The notes: generated by a model from the sequence alone, not told the origin. Numbered from the stretch's first letter, positions 1 through 8,060 are shown. The stretch: 14,008 bases of DNA from Candidatus Fervidifonticultor sextus (GCA_031459875.1 JAVKHQ010000053.1:1-14008), one strand, 5' to 3'. Numbers and translations: made by a program.

Positions 1-1418
1 CGACCCTCGACTGCGCCGCCTGCATCCTGACCCCCAAGATGACGGCGGTCCGCGCCCACCCCAACATCACCCTGTGGACCTACTCCGAGGTCGAGAAGGT
101 GGACGGCTTCGTGGGCCACTACACGGTCACGGTCAGGCGCCGGCCCCGCTACGTGGAGGAAGACCTCTGCGTGGGCTGCCTCGAGTGCATCCAGGCCTGC
201 GTCTACAAGGAGGCCAGGGTGCCCGACGAGTTCAACCTGGGCCTGGGCCGGCGGAAGCCCATCTACATCCCCTTCCCCCAGGCGGTACCCCAGGTGGTCG
301 TCATCGACCCCGAGACCTGCATCGAGTTCAAGTCGGGCAGATGCAAGAAGACGTGCGTCGAGGTCTGCGGCGACCGCGGCGCCATCAACTTCAAGCAGAC
401 CGAGACCACGGAGCAGATCGAGGTAGGGGCCATCATCCTGGCCACGGGCTTCAAGACCTTCGACGCCAGGCGGATTCCCTACTACGGCTACGGCACGTAT
501 CCCAACGTCTACACGGCCCTGGAGGTCGAGCGCCTGATCAATGCCTCGGGGCCCACCGGCGGCCAGGTGGTGCTGCGCGACGGCCGGAAGCCCGAGCGGG
601 TCGGCATCATCCACTGTGTCGGCTCCCGGGATCAGCACTACAACGTCTACTGCTCCCGGGTGTGCTGCATGTACTCCATCAAGCTGGCCCACCTCATCCG
701 CGAGCGCACCGGCGCCGAGGTCTACAACTTCTACATCGACGTCCGCACGCCGGGGAAGGGGTTCGAGGAGTTCTACAACCGGGCGCTGGAGGAGGGCATC
801 CGGTTCATCCGCGGCAAGGTGGGGCAGGTCTCCGACTGGGCGCAGACCCCGGAGGAGCAGGGCAAGCTGGTCATCCAGGTGGAGGACACCCTGGCCGGGA
901 TGGTCCGCCGCATCCCCGTGGACATGGTGGTCCTCAGCGTAGGGCTGGAGCCGCAGGCCGATGCCGAGGAGGTCCGCCGCCTGTTCAACATCTCCTGCTC
1001 CACCGAGGGTTGGTTCCTGGAACGGCACCCCAAGCTGGCGCCGGTCAGCACCTTCACCGACGGGATCTTCCTGGCCGGGGCCTGCCAGGGCCCCAAGGAC
1101 ATCCCCGACTCGGTGGCGCAGGCCGGGGCGGCGGCGGCCGAGGCGCTGGCCCTGATCGACGCCGGAAGCATCGAACTGGAGCCCAACACCGCCTACGTGG
1201 TGGAGGACGACTGCTCGGGGTGCAAGACCTGCATCCCGCTGTGTCCCTACAACGCCATCACGTTCGTCGCCGAGACCGCCAAGGCGCAGATCACCGAGGC
1301 GCTGTGCAAGGGCTGCGGGGTGTGCGTGGCCGCCTGCCCGTCGGGTTCCATCCGGCAGCATCTGTTCGAGGACGAACAGATCTTCGCCGAGATCCAGGGC
1401 GTCCTGGCGGCGTCGTAG
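1..1418 (+). CDS. hdrA: Heterodisulfide reductase subunit A-like flavoprotein (FAD, multiple [4Fe-4S]); 5'-truncated by the window edge
   Basis: Frame is open from position 3 (TLDCAACILTPKM, the HdrA PTLDCxxCILTPKM motif), so ATG 39 is internal. Contains an inserted ferredoxin region (CVGCLECIQAC...CKKTCVEVC), HCVGSRD...YCSRVCCMY, ERHPKL, GIFLAGACQGPKDIPDSV and two C-terminal CxxCxxCxxxCP motifs; TAG at 1416-1418; followed by mvhD. Confidence 0.95.
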   Translation, partial: TLDCAACILTPKMTAVRAHPNITLWTYSEVEKVDGFVGHYTVTVRRRPRYVEEDLCVGCLECIQACVYKEARVPDEFNLGLGRRKPIYIPFPQAVPQVVVIDPETCIEFKSGRCKKTCVEVCGDRGAINFKQTETTEQIEVGAIILATGFKTFDARRIPYYGYGTYPNVYTALEVERLINASGPTGGQVVLRDGRKPERVGIIHCVGSRDQHYNVYCSRVCCMYSIKLAHLIRERTGAEVYNFYIDVRTPGKGFEEFYNRALEEGIRFIRGKVGQVSDWAQTPEEQGKLVIQVEDTLAGMVRRIPVDMVVLSVGLEPQADAEEVRRLFNISCSTEGWFLERHPKLAPVSTFTDGIFLAGACQGPKDIPDSVAQAGAAAAEALALIDAGSIELEPNTAYVVEDDCSGCKTCIPLCPYNAITFVAETAKAQITEALCKGCGVCVAACPSGSIRQHLFEDEQIFAEIQGVLAAS

Positions 1419-1448
1419 CGGGGGAGCGGGCCCAGGGAGGGAGACGCG

Positions 1449-1961
1449 ATGGACGAGGAGCGAGTCGGACCCCGAGACGGATGGGAGCCGACCATTGTGG
1501 CGTTCTTCTGCAACTGGTGCACCTACACCGCCGCCGATCTGGCCGGCACCTCGCGGATCAAGTACCCGCCCCACGTCCGCGTCATCCGGGTGATGTGCAC
1601 GGGCCGGGTGGACCCGCAGTTCGTGGTGGAGGCGTTCGCGCAGGGGGCCGATGGCGTGCTGATCGGCGGCTGTCATCCGGGGGACTGCCACTACACGGAA
1701 GGCAACTACAAGGCGCTGCGCCGGGTCACCCTGCTGCGGCGGATGCTGCGCCAGCTGGGCATTGAGGACGGACGCCTGCGGCTGGAGTGGATCTCGGCCT
1801 CGGAAGGCGAGAAGGTCGCGCGCGTCATCGGGGAGATGGTGCAGGCGGTGCGCGCGCTCGGCCCCCTGGACCTCCCCGGCAGGCGGGCCGGCTGGGACGC
1901 CGAGGTACTGCGGGAGGCAGCCACCCCCGCAGCCGCCGTCGCGGCTGCCGACGGGAGGTGA
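1449..1961 (+). CDS. mvhD: Methyl-viologen-reducing hydrogenase delta subunit, [2Fe-2S] (MvhD/FlpD family)
   Basis: FFCNWCTYTAADLAG, RVMCTGRVDP, GADGVLIGGCHPGDCHY.EGN and RLRLEWISASEGE motifs; GGAGGGAG SD upstream; lies between hdrA and mvhG. Confidence 0.95.
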   Translation: MDEERVGPRDGWEPTIVAFFCNWCTYTAADLAGTSRIKYPPHVRVIRVMCTGRVDPQFVVEAFAQGADGVLIGGCHPGDCHYTEGNYKALRRVTLLRRMLRQLGIEDGRLRLEWISASEGEKVARVIGEMVQAVRALGPLDLPGRRAGWDAEVLREAATPAAAVAAADGR

Positions 1962-1966
1962 GCGGG

Positions 1967-2974
1967 ATGACGACGCAGCCCACCAGCAAACCCCAGGTCG
2001 CCTTCTACTGGTGCGCGTCGTGCGGCGGATGCGAGGAGGCGGTCGTGGATCTCGCCGAGGATCTCCTGGCCATCGCCGACGCCGTCGATGTGGTCTTCTG
2101 GCCTGTGGCCCTCGACTTCAAACGCCGCGATGTGGAAGCGACGCCCGACGGCTCGATGGCCGCCGCCTTCGTCAACGGCGCCATCCGCACCTCGGAGCAG
2201 GAGGAGATGGCGCACCTGCTGCGGCGCAAGGCACGACTCATTATCGCCTTCGGCGCCTGCGCGCACCTGGGCGGAGTGCCGGGGCTCGCCAATCTTCTGG
2301 ACCGGGAGACGATCCTCCGCGCCGTGTACCGCGAGGCGCCGTCGGTGGAAAACCCGGAGGGCACCCGACCGGCGGAGACCTGGCGGGGGGACGGGCACCT
2401 CACCACGCTGCCGGCGTTTCGCAACACGGTGCGCCCTCTCGATCAGGTCATCGAGGTGGACTACTACCTCCCGGGCTGCCCGCCCACGCCCAATCTGATC
2501 AAGGGCGCGGTGGGCGCCGTCCTGGCGGGGATGCTCCCGCCGAAGGGCAGCGTGCTCGCGCCCGATGTGGCGCTGTGCGAGCAGTGCCCGCTCAAGGGCA
2601 CGAAGCCCGAGCGGCTGGTGCTCTCCGCCTTCCAGCGTCCCCACCGGGTGCGCATCGACCCCGGCACCTGCCTGCTGGCCCAGGGGCTGCTCTGCCTGGG
2701 TCCGGCGACCAGGGGCGGCTGTGAGGCCCTCTGCCCCCGCGGCGGGATGCCCTGCACCGGCTGCTTCGGCCCCACCTCCCGCGTCCGGGATGTGGGCGCG
2801 AAGCTGGCGTCGGCCATCGCCTCCGCCGTGGACGCCACTGACCCCGAGGCGATTAAAGCGATCCTGGCCACCATCCCGGATCCGGTGGGAACCTTCTACC
2901 GGTACTCGCTGCCGGCGTCGCGGCTGCGGCGGAAGGTCGTTGCAGAGGCGCCGGCCGCTCCGGCCGTGTCCTGA
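1967..2974 (+). CDS. mvhG: Group 3c [NiFe]-hydrogenase small subunit
   Basis: ATG 1967 (GGGAGG at 1953-1958) within track ORF 1787..2974; WCASCGGCE, FGACAHLGGVPGLAN, YLPGCPP, CEQC and CLL..GLLCLGPATRGGCEALCP..GMPCTGCFGP motifs; no Tat signal, so cytoplasmic. Confidence 0.93.
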   Translation: MTTQPTSKPQVAFYWCASCGGCEEAVVDLAEDLLAIADAVDVVFWPVALDFKRRDVEATPDGSMAAAFVNGAIRTSEQEEMAHLLRRKARLIIAFGACAHLGGVPGLANLLDRETILRAVYREAPSVENPEGTRPAETWRGDGHLTTLPAFRNTVRPLDQVIEVDYYLPGCPPTPNLIKGAVGAVLAGMLPPKGSVLAPDVALCEQCPLKGTKPERLVLSAFQRPHRVRIDPGTCLLAQGLLCLGPATRGGCEALCPRGGMPCTGCFGPTSRVRDVGAKLASAIASAVDATDPEAIKAILATIPDPVGTFYRYSLPASRLRRKVVAEAPAAPAVS

Positions 2975-2990
2975 GGGAGGCGCTGCAGCC

Positions 2991-4514
2991 ATGGAAGAGA
3001 CGACGAGGCAGGTGTGGAACGAGGCGCAGCAGCGCAGCAACGAGGTCTACATGCGCCACCGGCGCATCATCGTAGACCCCGTCACCCGCCTGGAGGGCCA
3101 CGGCAAGATCGACATCTTCCTCGACGAGGCTGGCGAGGTCGAGCGCGCCTACTTCCAGGTGCCCGAACTGCGCGGGTTCGAAGCCTTCGTGCGCGGCCGG
3201 CCGGCGGAGGACATGCCGCAGATCACCTCAAGGATCTGCGGTGTGTGTCCGCTGGCGCACCATATGGCGTCCACCAAAGCCCTGGACGACCTCTACCAGG
3301 TCACCCCTCCGCCCGCCGCCAGGAAGTTGCGCGAGCTGGCCTACTCGCTGTTCATGGTCGAAGACCACGCGCTGCACTTCTACTTCCTGGGCGGCCCGGA
3401 CTTCGTCGTGGGCCCGACCGCGCCGAAGGCGCAGCGCAACGTGCTGGGCGTGGTGGCCACCGTGGGGGTCGAGGTGGGCAAGCAGGTCATCGCCATGCGG
3501 AAGGACCTGCGCGACCTGGAAACCTACCTGGGCGGCAAGACCATCCACCCCGTCCTGGGGGTGCCCGGCGGCGTCGCCAAGGGGATCGCGCCCGACGATC
3601 TCCCGCGCTTCCAGCAGGTGGCACAGCGCGCGGTCGAATTCGCCACGTTCACCCTCGAAGTCTTCCGGAAGGTCGTGCTGAAGAACCCGGACTACGTGCG
3701 CCTCATCACCTCGGACGCCTACACCCACCGGACCTACTACATGGGTCTCGTGGACGGCGCCAACCGGGTGAATTTCTACGACGGCGTCCTGCGCGTGGTG
3801 GACCCGTCGGGCCGGGAGTCTATGCGCTTTGCGGCGCGAGGCTACCTCCAGTACATCGCCGAGCACGTGGAGCCATGGAGCTACGTCAAGTTCTGCTTCC
3901 TGAAGCCGGTGGGCTGGAGGGGCTTCGTGGACGGGCCCGACAGCGGCGTGTACGCCGTGGCGCCGCTGGCGCGCCTCAACGTCGCCGACGGCATGGCCAC
4001 GCCGCTGGCGCAGGCGGCCTACGAGGAGTTCTACGCGACGCTGGGCGGCAAGCCCGTGCACCACACCCTGGCCAACCACTGGGCCCGGGTGATCGAGATG
4101 GTCTACGCGGCCGAGCGCCTGCAGGAACTGGCCCACGACCCAGAGATCACCAGCGCCGACCTGCGGGTACTGCCGACCACGACGCCGTCGGTGGGCATCG
4201 GCGTCGTGGAGGCGCCGCGCGGCACGCTGATCCACCACTACGAGACCGACGACCAGGGGCTGATCACCAGGGCCAACCTCATCGTGGCCACCCAGAACAA
4301 CGCCGCGCGGATCGCCATGTCGGTGGACCGCGCGGCCCGCTCGCTGATCCACAAGGGACAGGCCGACGACGGCCTGCTCAACATGGTGGAGATGGCCTTC
4401 CGCGCCTACGACCCCTGCCACGGGTGCGCCACGCACTCGCTGCCGGGGGAGATGCCGCTGGTGGCGTCGGTCTACAACAGCAGGGGTGAACTGCTGCGGC
4501 AGATCAGGCGATGA
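2991..4514 (+). CDS. mvhA: Group 3c [NiFe]-hydrogenase large subunit
   Basis: DPVTRLEGHGKI N-terminal motif, L1 RICGVC, VEAPRGTLIHHY, L2 RAYDPCHGCATH followed by a 25 aa cleavable C-terminal extension. Start is ATG 2991 (GGGAGG 2975-2980) or ATG 3051 (GAGGT upstream); the track start at 2565 is too far upstream. Confidence 0.95.
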   Translation: MEETTRQVWNEAQQRSNEVYMRHRRIIVDPVTRLEGHGKIDIFLDEAGEVERAYFQVPELRGFEAFVRGRPAEDMPQITSRICGVCPLAHHMASTKALDDLYQVTPPPAARKLRELAYSLFMVEDHALHFYFLGGPDFVVGPTAPKAQRNVLGVVATVGVEVGKQVIAMRKDLRDLETYLGGKTIHPVLGVPGGVAKGIAPDDLPRFQQVAQRAVEFATFTLEVFRKVVLKNPDYVRLITSDAYTHRTYYMGLVDGANRVNFYDGVLRVVDPSGRESMRFAARGYLQYIAEHVEPWSYVKFCFLKPVGWRGFVDGPDSGVYAVAPLARLNVADGMATPLAQAAYEEFYATLGGKPVHHTLANHWARVIEMVYAAERLQELAHDPEITSADLRVLPTTTPSVGIGVVEAPRGTLIHHYETDDQGLITRANLIVATQNNAARIAMSVDRAARSLIHKGQADDGLLNMVEMAFRAYDPCHGCATHSLPGEMPLVASVYNSRGELLRQIRR

Positions 4515-4524
4515 GGGTCCTGCC

Positions 4525-5004
4525 ATGGGAGAGAGGGCGACGGGGGCCGACGGCATCCTGATCCTGGGCGTCGGCAATGACCTGCTGGGAGACGATGCGG
4601 TCGGACTGCTGGCGGCGTCGGCGCTGGGAGGGGAGGGCCTCCCCGTCCAGCTGATGACGCGATCCGGGCTGGCCCTCCTGGACGCCGTGGTCGGGTTCAG
4701 CAGGGTCCTGCTGCTCGACAGTCAGACCACGGGACTCGCCCCGGGCACCGTCTGCGAGTACACCCTGACCCCCACGTCGGTCCGCAGCCCCTCGGCGCAC
4801 TATGTGGGCTACGGGGAAGCCCTCACGATCGGGGCGGCTGCCGGGCTCGACCTCCCCGACGAGATCCGAGTACTGGCCGTCGAGCGCCGGGGGGCGGTCT
4901 GCATTGGAGACGGCCTCTCCGAGCCGGTCCGCGCCGCCCTCCCCGCCGTCGTGGACCGGGCCAGGGCCATCGTCCGCGCGTGGCTGCAGGCTAGATGTCC
5001 GTGA
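4525..5004 (+). CDS. Hydrogenase maturation endopeptidase (HyaD/HybD/HycI family)
   Basis: ILILGVGNDLLGDDAVG motif, LLLD and SAH metal-binding positions, C-terminal GLSEPVRAALP; ATG 4525 lies 10 nt after the mvhA stop. Confidence 0.92.
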   Translation: MGERATGADGILILGVGNDLLGDDAVGLLAASALGGEGLPVQLMTRSGLALLDAVVGFSRVLLLDSQTTGLAPGTVCEYTLTPTSVRSPSAHYVGYGEALTIGAAAGLDLPDEIRVLAVERRGAVCIGDGLSEPVRAALPAVVDRARAIVRAWLQARCP

Positions 5005-5542
5005 ACACGACCTGAAGCCGTAGCTCAAGTCCGGGCAGGGGTGGCGCGCCGCGCAGGACCTCCGTCCGGCTGTACGTCACTGCGCTCTGCCGGGTGTGCA
5101 CCGTCATCGTCCGATCCTCGGGGTCCAGAACCCACACAGCCTGGGCGCCAGCCCGCAGGTAGTCGGCGACCTTTGCGGCGATCTCGGTCGGTCGCTCGTC
5201 TGGCGAGAGCACCTCGACGGCAAGATCAGGCGCACCGGGGAAGAAGCCCGCAGGCAGTGGCGACGGCACCCTTTCTCGCAGCACCACAGCCACGTCGGGC
5301 ACGCGCACGGTCGGGGGATCCCGGCTCAGGACGAAGCCGGCCTCGACCATCACGACACCGAGCCCGCCCTCGGCCACATACTCATGGAGCCGCCGGCCCA
5401 TCGCCAGGGCCAGAACTCCGTGGTGCACTCCCGGAGGGACCAGTTCGATCACCTGCCCTCCCACGAGCTCCGCCTTGGGAAACCGGCTGGCCAGGCGCCA
5501 GAACTCGTCAACCGATACTGGAGTGCGCACCTCGGGCGTCAT
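4991..5542 (-). CDS. Uma2-family (DUF820) putative restriction-endonuclease-fold protein
   Basis: ELVGGQVIE..PP...HG, VRVPDVAVV, GAPDLAVEVLSPDE, K..DYLRAG..AVWVLDP and LPGLEL motifs; 183 aa. Confidence 0.9.
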   Translation of the reverse strand: MTPEVRTPVSVDEFWRLASRFPKAELVGGQVIELVPPGVHHGVLALAMGRRLHEYVAEGGLGVVMVEAGFVLSRDPPTVRVPDVAVVLRERVPSPLPAGFFPGAPDLAVEVLSPDERPTEIAAKVADYLRAGAQAVWVLDPEDRTMTVHTRQSAVTYSRTEVLRGAPPLPGLELRLQVVFTDI

Positions 5543-5548
5543 GGACCA

Positions 5549-5557
5549 AGTATAACA
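5549..5557 (-). promoter_or_regulatory. Extended -10 promoter element (TGnTATACT) 6 nt upstream of the Uma2 ATG; probable leaderless transcript
   Basis: Minus strand reads TGTTATACT-TGGTCC-ATG, an AT-rich hexamer in GC-rich DNA, with no SD at normal spacing. Confidence 0.65.
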
Positions 5558-5579
5558 CTCCCTCCCTCACCCTTCCGTT

Positions 5580-6839
5580 CTATCGGCGGGGGTCGATGAT
5601 CTCCGTGGAAATTCCCGGGCCGGAGCCGGCAGCCTGCAGTTCGGGCCATGGCCGCGGATGGCTGTCCGGCACCTGGAACGGAAACCGTCCGGCCCACGCA
5701 CCGGGCACAGGCGCGGCCGGTTCCGGTGTGGTCTCCTCGCCGAACACCGGCAGGTGCTCGACAATCCACAGGTAGGCCAGCACGCCGGCCGCCACGATGG
5801 CGGCCGTGATCAGGACCTCCATCCACGAAGGCACGTAGCGTGCGCCGCTGGCGGCCAGCATACCGGTGACCGTCACGTTGAGCCGGTTGAGCACGACGCC
5901 CAGGACCACCAGGCTCGCGGCGGCAGCGAGGCCCGGGGCCGACCGGCGGATCCGCGGCGCCGCCAGCAGCACCAGCGGCGCGATACCGCCGATCCACAGT
6001 TCGGCGCGGAAGAGGGACGCCTCCAGCGTGGGCGCCGAGGCCAGCAGCCATGCCCCACGCTGGACCAGGTCGGCGACCCGCACTGCCAGGTAGACCGCCA
6101 GCACCGCGAAGGTCCCCTTCCCCAGGTCCGCCAGCAGCGGGAGTTCGAGGGTCCGCCCGAACGCCCGCGCGCTCGCCACCGCCTCGACGGTCACCATCGC
6201 CATCCCCACCGCGAGCGCCGACAGGAAGAACAGCACCGGCAGCCACGGCGAGTACCACAGCGGGTGCAACTTGCCGGGCACGATCAGGAACAGGGAGCCC
6301 AGCGACGACTGGTGCAGCGTGGACAGGATGACCCCGACGATCACGAGCGGCGGCAGCGCCAGGTGGGTGAGGCGTAGCAGCGCCGTCCGCCCCGTCCGCT
6401 CCAGCACCGTCTGGCCGAACTCCAGGGCCAGCACCAGGGTGTAGAGCATGACGCACCAGGCCACCTCGAACATGACCGAGTGCGGGTTCCACATGACCAG
6501 CGCGTGCCAGATGCGGTAGGGCCGCCCCAGGTCCACCATAAGCGCGATGATCACCAGCAGGTAGCCCAAAAAGCCCGTGACGATGGCCGGCCGCAGCAGC
6601 GGCTCGTAGCGCTTCAGGTGCAAGATGTGGACGATGGCGGCCATGGTGAAGCCGCCGGCGGCCAGGGCCACGCCGCAGAGGATGTCGAAGCCGACCCACA
6701 GGCCCCATGGGAAGCGGTCGGAGAGGTGGCTGACCGCGCCCAGGCCGTAGAGATACCGGCGGACGGCCACGGCGAGCCCGCCCAGCACCACCAGCCACAG
6801 GAGGACGCGCGCGGGGGATGCGTGACGGACTCCAGTCAT
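5580..6839 (-). CDS. hybB: HybB/HmcC-like NrfD-family integral membrane quinone-reactive subunit (419 aa)
   Basis: ATG 6839 overlaps the hybA stop (ATGA). Motifs FPWGLWVGFDILCGVALAAGGF, DLGRPYRIWH, SVMFEVAWCVMLY, LSTLHQSSLGSLF, LHPLWYS, LNRLNV and YVPSWME; about 10 hydrophobic segments. The track's 720 aa ORF is over-extended at its 5' end. Confidence 0.9.
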   Translation of the reverse strand: MTGVRHASPARVLLWLVVLGGLAVAVRRYLYGLGAVSHLSDRFPWGLWVGFDILCGVALAAGGFTMAAIVHILHLKRYEPLLRPAIVTGFLGYLLVIIALMVDLGRPYRIWHALVMWNPHSVMFEVAWCVMLYTLVLALEFGQTVLERTGRTALLRLTHLALPPLVIVGVILSTLHQSSLGSLFLIVPGKLHPLWYSPWLPVLFFLSALAVGMAMVTVEAVASARAFGRTLELPLLADLGKGTFAVLAVYLAVRVADLVQRGAWLLASAPTLEASLFRAELWIGGIAPLVLLAAPRIRRSAPGLAAAASLVVLGVVLNRLNVTVTGMLAASGARYVPSWMEVLITAAIVAAGVLAYLWIVEHLPVFGEETTPEPAAPVPGAWAGRFPFQVPDSHPRPWPELQAAGSGPGISTEIIDPRR

Positions 6840-7732
6840 GGCTGGACACCTCGCGGCCGTGCAGGGGATTCTCCCACCCGTCCCACTCCTCGCCGCCTCC
6901 GGCTGAAGGCCTCCAGCGCCGACAGCGTCGCGCCCAGGCCCACGATCACGCCGGGGACCTTCCCCAGCGCCCTCCACGTGTAGGCCGGCAGTGGCTGGCG
7001 GACCACCACCGGAAAGCCCAGGTCTTCGAAGGGCACGTCCGAGACATAGAGGACCGATGTCCCGCCCGCCTCGTCCCTGCCGTAGATGGCCCGCACGTAG
7101 CGGTCTGGGTGCTCGGCGATGCGCCTGGCGGCCTCGGCCAGCATCGCCGGCCGTGGGCCGAAGCTCAAAGCCTCGGCGGGACACGCCGCGACGCAGGCGG
7201 GGCGCTCGCCGCGGGCCAGGCGCTCTGCACACAGGTTGCACTTGGCGATGACCGGAAGCGGCGACTGCCAGTCGAAGCGCGGGACCTGGAAGGGACAGGC
7301 CAGCATACAGTACCGGCATCCGATGCACCGCCCGGCGTCGTAGGTCACCGGGCCCGAAGGCGTCTTCCGCAGGGCGGCCACCGGACATGCCGAGGCGCAC
7401 GCGGGATCGTCGCAGTGCATGCACTGCACCTTGTAGGTGCGCTGCATCGTAGAGGCCTCCCCCAAAGTCAGGTGCGGCACTGGCCTGGGGATCCGCTGTA
7501 CCCGCACGTAGGTCCAGGCCCGCACCCCCAGGTCGGAGGACGCACCCGGCGGGAACCCGTGGGCTTCCTTGCAGGCCCCCTCGCAACTGCGACAGCCGAT
7601 GCACCGCGCGATGTCGATCAGGATCGCCGACGGCGGGAGGCTCGCGGCGGCCGGCCGCGCGGCCGACAGGTACGCCACCCCCAGACTCCCTGCGCCGACC
7701 ATCTGCAGGAACTGGCGTCGGGTCAGACGCAC
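6836..7732 (-). CDS. hybA: HybA-like Tat-exported 4x[4Fe-4S] ferredoxin-type subunit with C-terminal membrane anchor
   Basis: Twin-arginine signal LTRRQFL with a hydrophobic h-region and AAA cleavage-like site; CIGCRSCEGAC, CMHCDDPACASACP, CIGCRYCMLACP, KCNLC...PACVAACP; IYG.DEAGGTSVLY; hydrophobic C-terminal segment followed by RRRR. Start probably GTG 7732 (alternative GTG 7747). Confidence 0.9.
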   Translation of the reverse strand: MRLTRRQFLQMVGAGSLGVAYLSAARPAAASLPPSAILIDIARCIGCRSCEGACKEAHGFPPGASSDLGVRAWTYVRVQRIPRPVPHLTLGEASTMQRTYKVQCMHCDDPACASACPVAALRKTPSGPVTYDAGRCIGCRYCMLACPFQVPRFDWQSPLPVIAKCNLCAERLARGERPACVAACPAEALSFGPRPAMLAEAARRIAEHPDRYVRAIYGRDEAGGTSVLYVSDVPFEDLGFPVVVRQPLPAYTWRALGKVPGVIVGLGATLSALEAFSRRRRGVGRVGESPARPRGVQP

Positions 7733-7751
7733 AGCCGTCCACCCCACCCGG

Positions 7752-8060
7752 TCAGCGGTAGGCGGCGAGGAACGCCGACACGAAGAACATCGAGAGCCCC
7801 AGCACGACGATGCCCAGCACGATGCCGGTCAGGGCCTCCTCGATTCCGCCCAGCGCTCCGCGTCCCCGCAGGACCTGGACCAGGCCGACCAGCCCCAGGG
7901 CGACCGCGGCCAGCGCCACCGCGCAGTTGACCCCCGGCAGCCAGCAGATTCGCAGCGCGACCAGACCGAGGGTGAAACTCAACACGGCCGTCCTGGGCAG
8001 CACCCGGTCCCGTCTTGGCGCCCCGGGCGGTCCGGTGCTGCGATCCGATGTGGCGACCAT
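7752..8060 (-). CDS. Small integral membrane protein (102 aa), DUF4190-like
   Basis: ATG 8060 preceded by GGAGGTGGAGG; hydrophobic segments AVLSFTLGLVAL, AVALAAVALGLVGLVQV and ALTGIVLGIVVLGLSMFFV resemble the DUF4190 pattern (from recollection of the family, not a search); stop is 19 nt before hybA. Confidence 0.7.
   Translation of the reverse strand: MVATSDRSTGPPGAPRRDRVLPRTAVLSFTLGLVALRICWLPGVNCAVALAAVALGLVGLVQVLRGRGALGGIEEALTGIVLGIVVLGLSMFFVSAFLAAYR

Noticed and set aside
74..4577. Long alternative-frame and antisense ORFs over hdrA-mvh (74..1765, 1706..3040, 1762..2724, 3014..4489, 3228..4577) and 5' extensions of mvhG (1787) and mvhA (2565)
   Set aside because: They overlap well-supported genes and have R/G/P/A-biased translations without motifs, as expected from stop-codon scarcity at high GC.
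1959..5004. TGA stops of mvhD, mvhG, mvhA and the protease as further Sec codons
   Set aside because: Each falls at the expected C-terminus after all conserved motifs, not at a Cys-equivalent position, and the next gene starts or overlaps immediately.
5573..5683. 8 bp inverted repeat TTCCGTTC (5573-5580) / GAACGGAA (5676-5683) bracketing 111 bp, possibly a MITE
   Set aside because: Short, no convincing target-site duplication and no second copy in the window; compatible with chance.
5580..7742. 720 aa ORF suggesting a long N-terminal fusion on HybB
   Set aside because: The first ~300 codons overlap hybA in another frame and are low-complexity; ATG 6839 overlapping the hybA stop is the natural start.
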